Notes under the pieces: generated by a model
The model's database searches: none
Told to the model about the DNA's origin: nothing
Seen by the model: the letters and a program-made list of their open reading frames with translations, nothing else
DNA from: a virus
Taxonomy: Duplodnaviria; Heunggongvirae; Uroviricota; Caudoviricetes
IMG/VR virus record: IMGVR_UViG_2879469214_000007
Coordinates: 64,001-122,781 of that record
Direction: 5' to 3' (one strand)
DNA: 58,781 nt
Made by a program: the position numbers and the translations under genes
Shown here: piece after piece, positions 57,072 to 58,781 of the stretch
How the letters are laid out: every line of letters begins with the position of its first letter
How positions within the stretch are numbered: the stretch's first letter is position 1

Positions 57072-57147
57072 AGCTGGCGGGAGGTAGGCATCTCATTGGG
57101 TTTCATAAGCCCGACTAATCTGGTTCAATTCCAGAGCGAAGCAACCA
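57072..57147 (+). tRNA. Initiator-like tRNA-Met(CAU) with imperfect acceptor stem
   Basis: Loop TTCATAA; GGG/CCC in the anticodon stem; 1:72 mismatch plus an extra bulge/mismatch; CCA. Confidence 0.65.
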
Positions 57148-57154
57148 AAACGTA

Positions 57155-57219
57155 AAGGCACTAACAGCAACTCATACACAACTACTTTCAATTTGGTGAA
57201 AACATGTGATATGTGCCTT
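57155..57219 (+). ncRNA. ACAGCAA stem-loop unit 5
   Basis: AAGGCAC/GTGCCTT stem; ACAGCAA at 57164; lies between tRNAs. Confidence 0.6.
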
Positions 57220-57225
57220 GAATAT

Positions 57226-57302
57226 GGACAGTGAGCCGTTCTGGTGGGCGGGGTAGCCTGCAAAGCTACATCAAAGAGGTTCAATTCCTCCACTGTTCTC
57301 CA
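57226..57302 (+). tRNA. trnC: tRNA-Cys(GCA)
   Basis: GTAGC-CTGCAAA-GCTAC; U73; CCA. Confidence 0.88.
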
Positions 57303-57309
57303 ATATCAT

Positions 57310-57381
57310 GACTCTGATAATGTAATGGTAGCATACCTGTCGAGCAGTACAGGAAGCGGAGTTCGAGTCTCCAAAGAGTCC
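57310..57381 (+). pseudogene. tRNA-like element with 8-nt non-canonical anticodon loop and no CCA
   Basis: Acceptor GACTCT/AGAGTC; D-loop TAATGGTAG; CCTGT-CGAGCAGT-ACAGG; T-arm GGAG-TTCGAGT-CTCC. Confidence 0.6.
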
Positions 57382-57391
57382 TCTTTAATAT

Positions 57392-57486
57392 GGATAGTTA
57401 CCGAAGCGGTCATAACGGCATGGTCTTGAAAACCATTGTGTCAGCTCGTATCTGACTCGGGGGTTCAAATCCCTCACTATCCGCCA
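57392..57486 (+). tRNA. trnS: tRNA-Ser(UGA)
   Basis: ATGGT-CTTGAAA-ACCAT; long variable arm; G73; CCA. Confidence 0.92.
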
Positions 57487-57492
57487 CGTATA

Positions 57493-57586
57493 TCGACACA
57501 TACAGCAATTACTATCTCCCAAATATATCTAAGGATAACTATACCCAAACCTTTACTGTAAGATATGAGAACTTACAATGTGTCGA
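57493..57586 (+). ncRNA. ACAGCAA stem-loop unit 6
   Basis: TCGACACA/TGTGTCGA stem; ACAGCAA at 57502. Confidence 0.6.
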
Positions 57587-57596
57587 GCGTTTATCC

Positions 57597-57625
57597 TTGC
57601 CAAATGATAATATTTATATTATAAT
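57597..57625 (+). promoter_or_regulatory. Sigma-A-like promoter
   Basis: TCC-TTGCCA-N17-TATAAT. Confidence 0.65.
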
Positions 57626-57647
57626 TGTATTATAAGGAGTTGAGCTA

Positions 57648-57803
57648 ATGTACAAGTCTTCACGATATGACTATAGCAAACATCCCGATTATGAAAGACC
57701 ACGCAAGGTAGAAAGAAAACTGTTGCATAAGAAGTTTAGAGCTTATGAGAAACAATGCGTAAAAATCCATGAAGAAATTAGACCAATGAAAAGTAGAGGA
57801 TGA
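57648..57803 (+). CDS. 51-aa basic hypothetical protein
   Basis: SD AAGGAG and ATG 57648; MYKSSRYDYSKHPDYERPRK...; directly behind a promoter. Confidence 0.6.
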   Translation: MYKSSRYDYSKHPDYERPRKVERKLLHKKFRAYEKQCVKIHEEIRPMKSRG

Positions 57804-57843
57804 CAAAGATGAAGAGTGACAAGGAAAGCCACAAACTTAATAT

Positions 57844-57918
57844 GGAGCTATAGTGAAACGGTTATCACAGTTGCCTTTTAAGCAATCATTTCGGGTTCGA
57901 ATCCCGGTGGCTCCACCA
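57844..57918 (+). tRNA. trnK: tRNA-Lys(UUU)
   Basis: Loop CTTTTAA; acceptor GGAGCTA/TGGCTCC; CCA. Confidence 0.92.
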
Positions 57919-57944
57919 AAACAAAACGTAAAGGAGATTCCATT

Positions 57945-58181
57945 ATGAGCAATAGAGTTGAGTTACCAATAGAGATAACTTTCGACTTGATGATATTTAG
58001 ATGGAGCCTTCGCCAACTAGCCTTTAACCAAGAGTTCCTTGAAAAGAAGCTTGGCAGAGCGGTTGACTCAACGAAAGAAATGTTCGTAAAAATCAATGAT
58101 AAGTATGAATTACCAGTAATAATTGACAACGATTTAAACGAATATGAAGTAACTTATATTCATCGCAGTATTAAATATTAA
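57945..58181 (+). CDS. Hypothetical protein
   Basis: 78-aa ORF with SD AAGGAG, between tRNA genes. Confidence 0.65.
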   Translation: MSNRVELPIEITFDLMIFRWSLRQLAFNQEFLEKKLGRAVDSTKEMFVKINDKYELPVIIDNDLNEYEVTYIHRSIKY

Positions 58182-58182
58182 T

Positions 58183-58271
58183 GGATAGATACCCAAGTGG
58201 TTTAAGGGGTTCCTCTGCTAAGGGAATAGGCTGTAACAGGTGCATGGGTTCGAATCCCATTCTATCCGCCA
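58183..58271 (+). tRNA. trnS: tRNA-Ser(GCU)
   Basis: Loop CTGCTAA; long variable arm; acceptor GGATAGA/TCTATCC; CCA. Confidence 0.92.
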
Positions 58272-58274
58272 TAA

Positions 58275-58350
58275 CGTCAGGTAGCTCAGTTGGTAGAGCA
58301 TTAGACTGAAAATCTAAGTGTCGGGGGTTCAATCCCCTCTCTGACGACCA
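58275..58350 (+). tRNA. trnF: tRNA-Phe(GAA)
   Basis: TTAGA-CTGAAAA-TCTAA; canonical D-arm; CCA. Confidence 0.92.
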
Positions 58351-58354
58351 CGTA

Positions 58355-58450
58355 ATTCCATTAGTTTAATGCCCTGCTCCTTCCAAGTGTATGGCGGCAA
58401 AATACTCGCCTTCCAAGCGTGAGTTATCAGTTCGAATCTGGTATGGAATT
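58355..58450 (+). tRNA. Atypical tRNA-Gly(UCC) with a 25-nt second anticodon arm inserted in the D-loop; no CCA
   Basis: Acceptor ATTCCAT/ATGGAAT; CTTCCAA loops at 58380 and 58410; U73. Confidence 0.65.
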
Positions 58451-58457
58451 GTTTTAT

Positions 58458-58544
58458 GAGAGTATAGAGCGTAATTGGTAGCGTCCCAGACTGTAAATCT
58501 GGCGGCTTCGGTCCTTGGGGGTTCAAGTCCCTCTGCTTTCACCA
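58458..58544 (+). tRNA. trnY: tRNA-Tyr(GUA)
   Basis: CCAGA-CTGTAAA-TCTGG; long variable arm; CCA. Confidence 0.92.
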
Positions 58545-58574
58545 CGTAACAACTTAAGTAAAGGCGGTGTCCTC

Positions 58575-58781
58575 ATGAATTTTACATTGAGCGACCAAGA
58601 AGTTAAGAATGCAAAACGATTCATGGAAGAAAAACATGGAGAATGCGCTAAGCAATACTTAGGAGCAACTGGCGGACATTTCAGCTATACATTTGTTCCT
58701 GACTCAATCGGTTTACACGTTTCTATCAGATGCGGCGTATGCAAAGAAAAAGAAAACATTACCGATTATGATATGTTCTAA
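58575..58781 (+). CDS. Small hypothetical phage protein with CxxC
   Basis: Start reassigned to ATG 58575 (SD AAGGCGGTG); GATGG..YTF..IRCGVC. Confidence 0.7.
   Translation: MNFTLSDQEVKNAKRFMEEKHGECAKQYLGATGGHFSYTFVPDSIGLHVSIRCGVCKEKENITDYDMF

Noticed and set aside
54945-58544. Host chromosomal tRNA operon or rRNA
   Set aside because: No rRNA is present, and the tRNAs are divergent and interspersed with small phage-type ORFs.

Overview
The window is part of a large tailed phage genome. The host is probably Bacillota, inferred from the sigma-A-type promoters, a YvrJ-like protein and an Apyc1-like protein. The minus strand (1-47.7 kb) carries a complete morphogenesis module: terminase subunits, a portal fused to a MuF-like domain, protease/scaffold, capsid, neck, tail tube, tail chaperones, a 2974-aa tape measure protein with two peptidoglycan hydrolase domains, and tail-tip and fibre proteins. 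No sheath gene is seen, so a long non-contractile tail is likely. An 8.1-kb operon (2196-10296) is embedded in the fibre region. It encodes a protein with 24 His-X-Asp motifs, six paralogous Fe(II)/2-oxoglutarate oxygenase-like enzymes, a radical SAM/SPASM enzyme, a Cys-motif (DUF483-like) protein and a degenerate ligase-fold protein. This operon looks like a RiPP-type system that modifies a virion protein and is the best candidate for an undescribed system. The remainder holds a tyrosine recombinase, a sigma factor, a repeat-rich and AT-rich origin candidate, nucleotide and anti-defence genes, and a DUF2828/TROVE-vWA gene. Six stem-ACAGCAA-loop-stem RNA-like units accompany that gene, four upstream of it and two in a cluster of 19 tRNA or tRNA-like genes, several of which are structurally unusual. 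All family calls come from reading motifs by eye; no database search was run.
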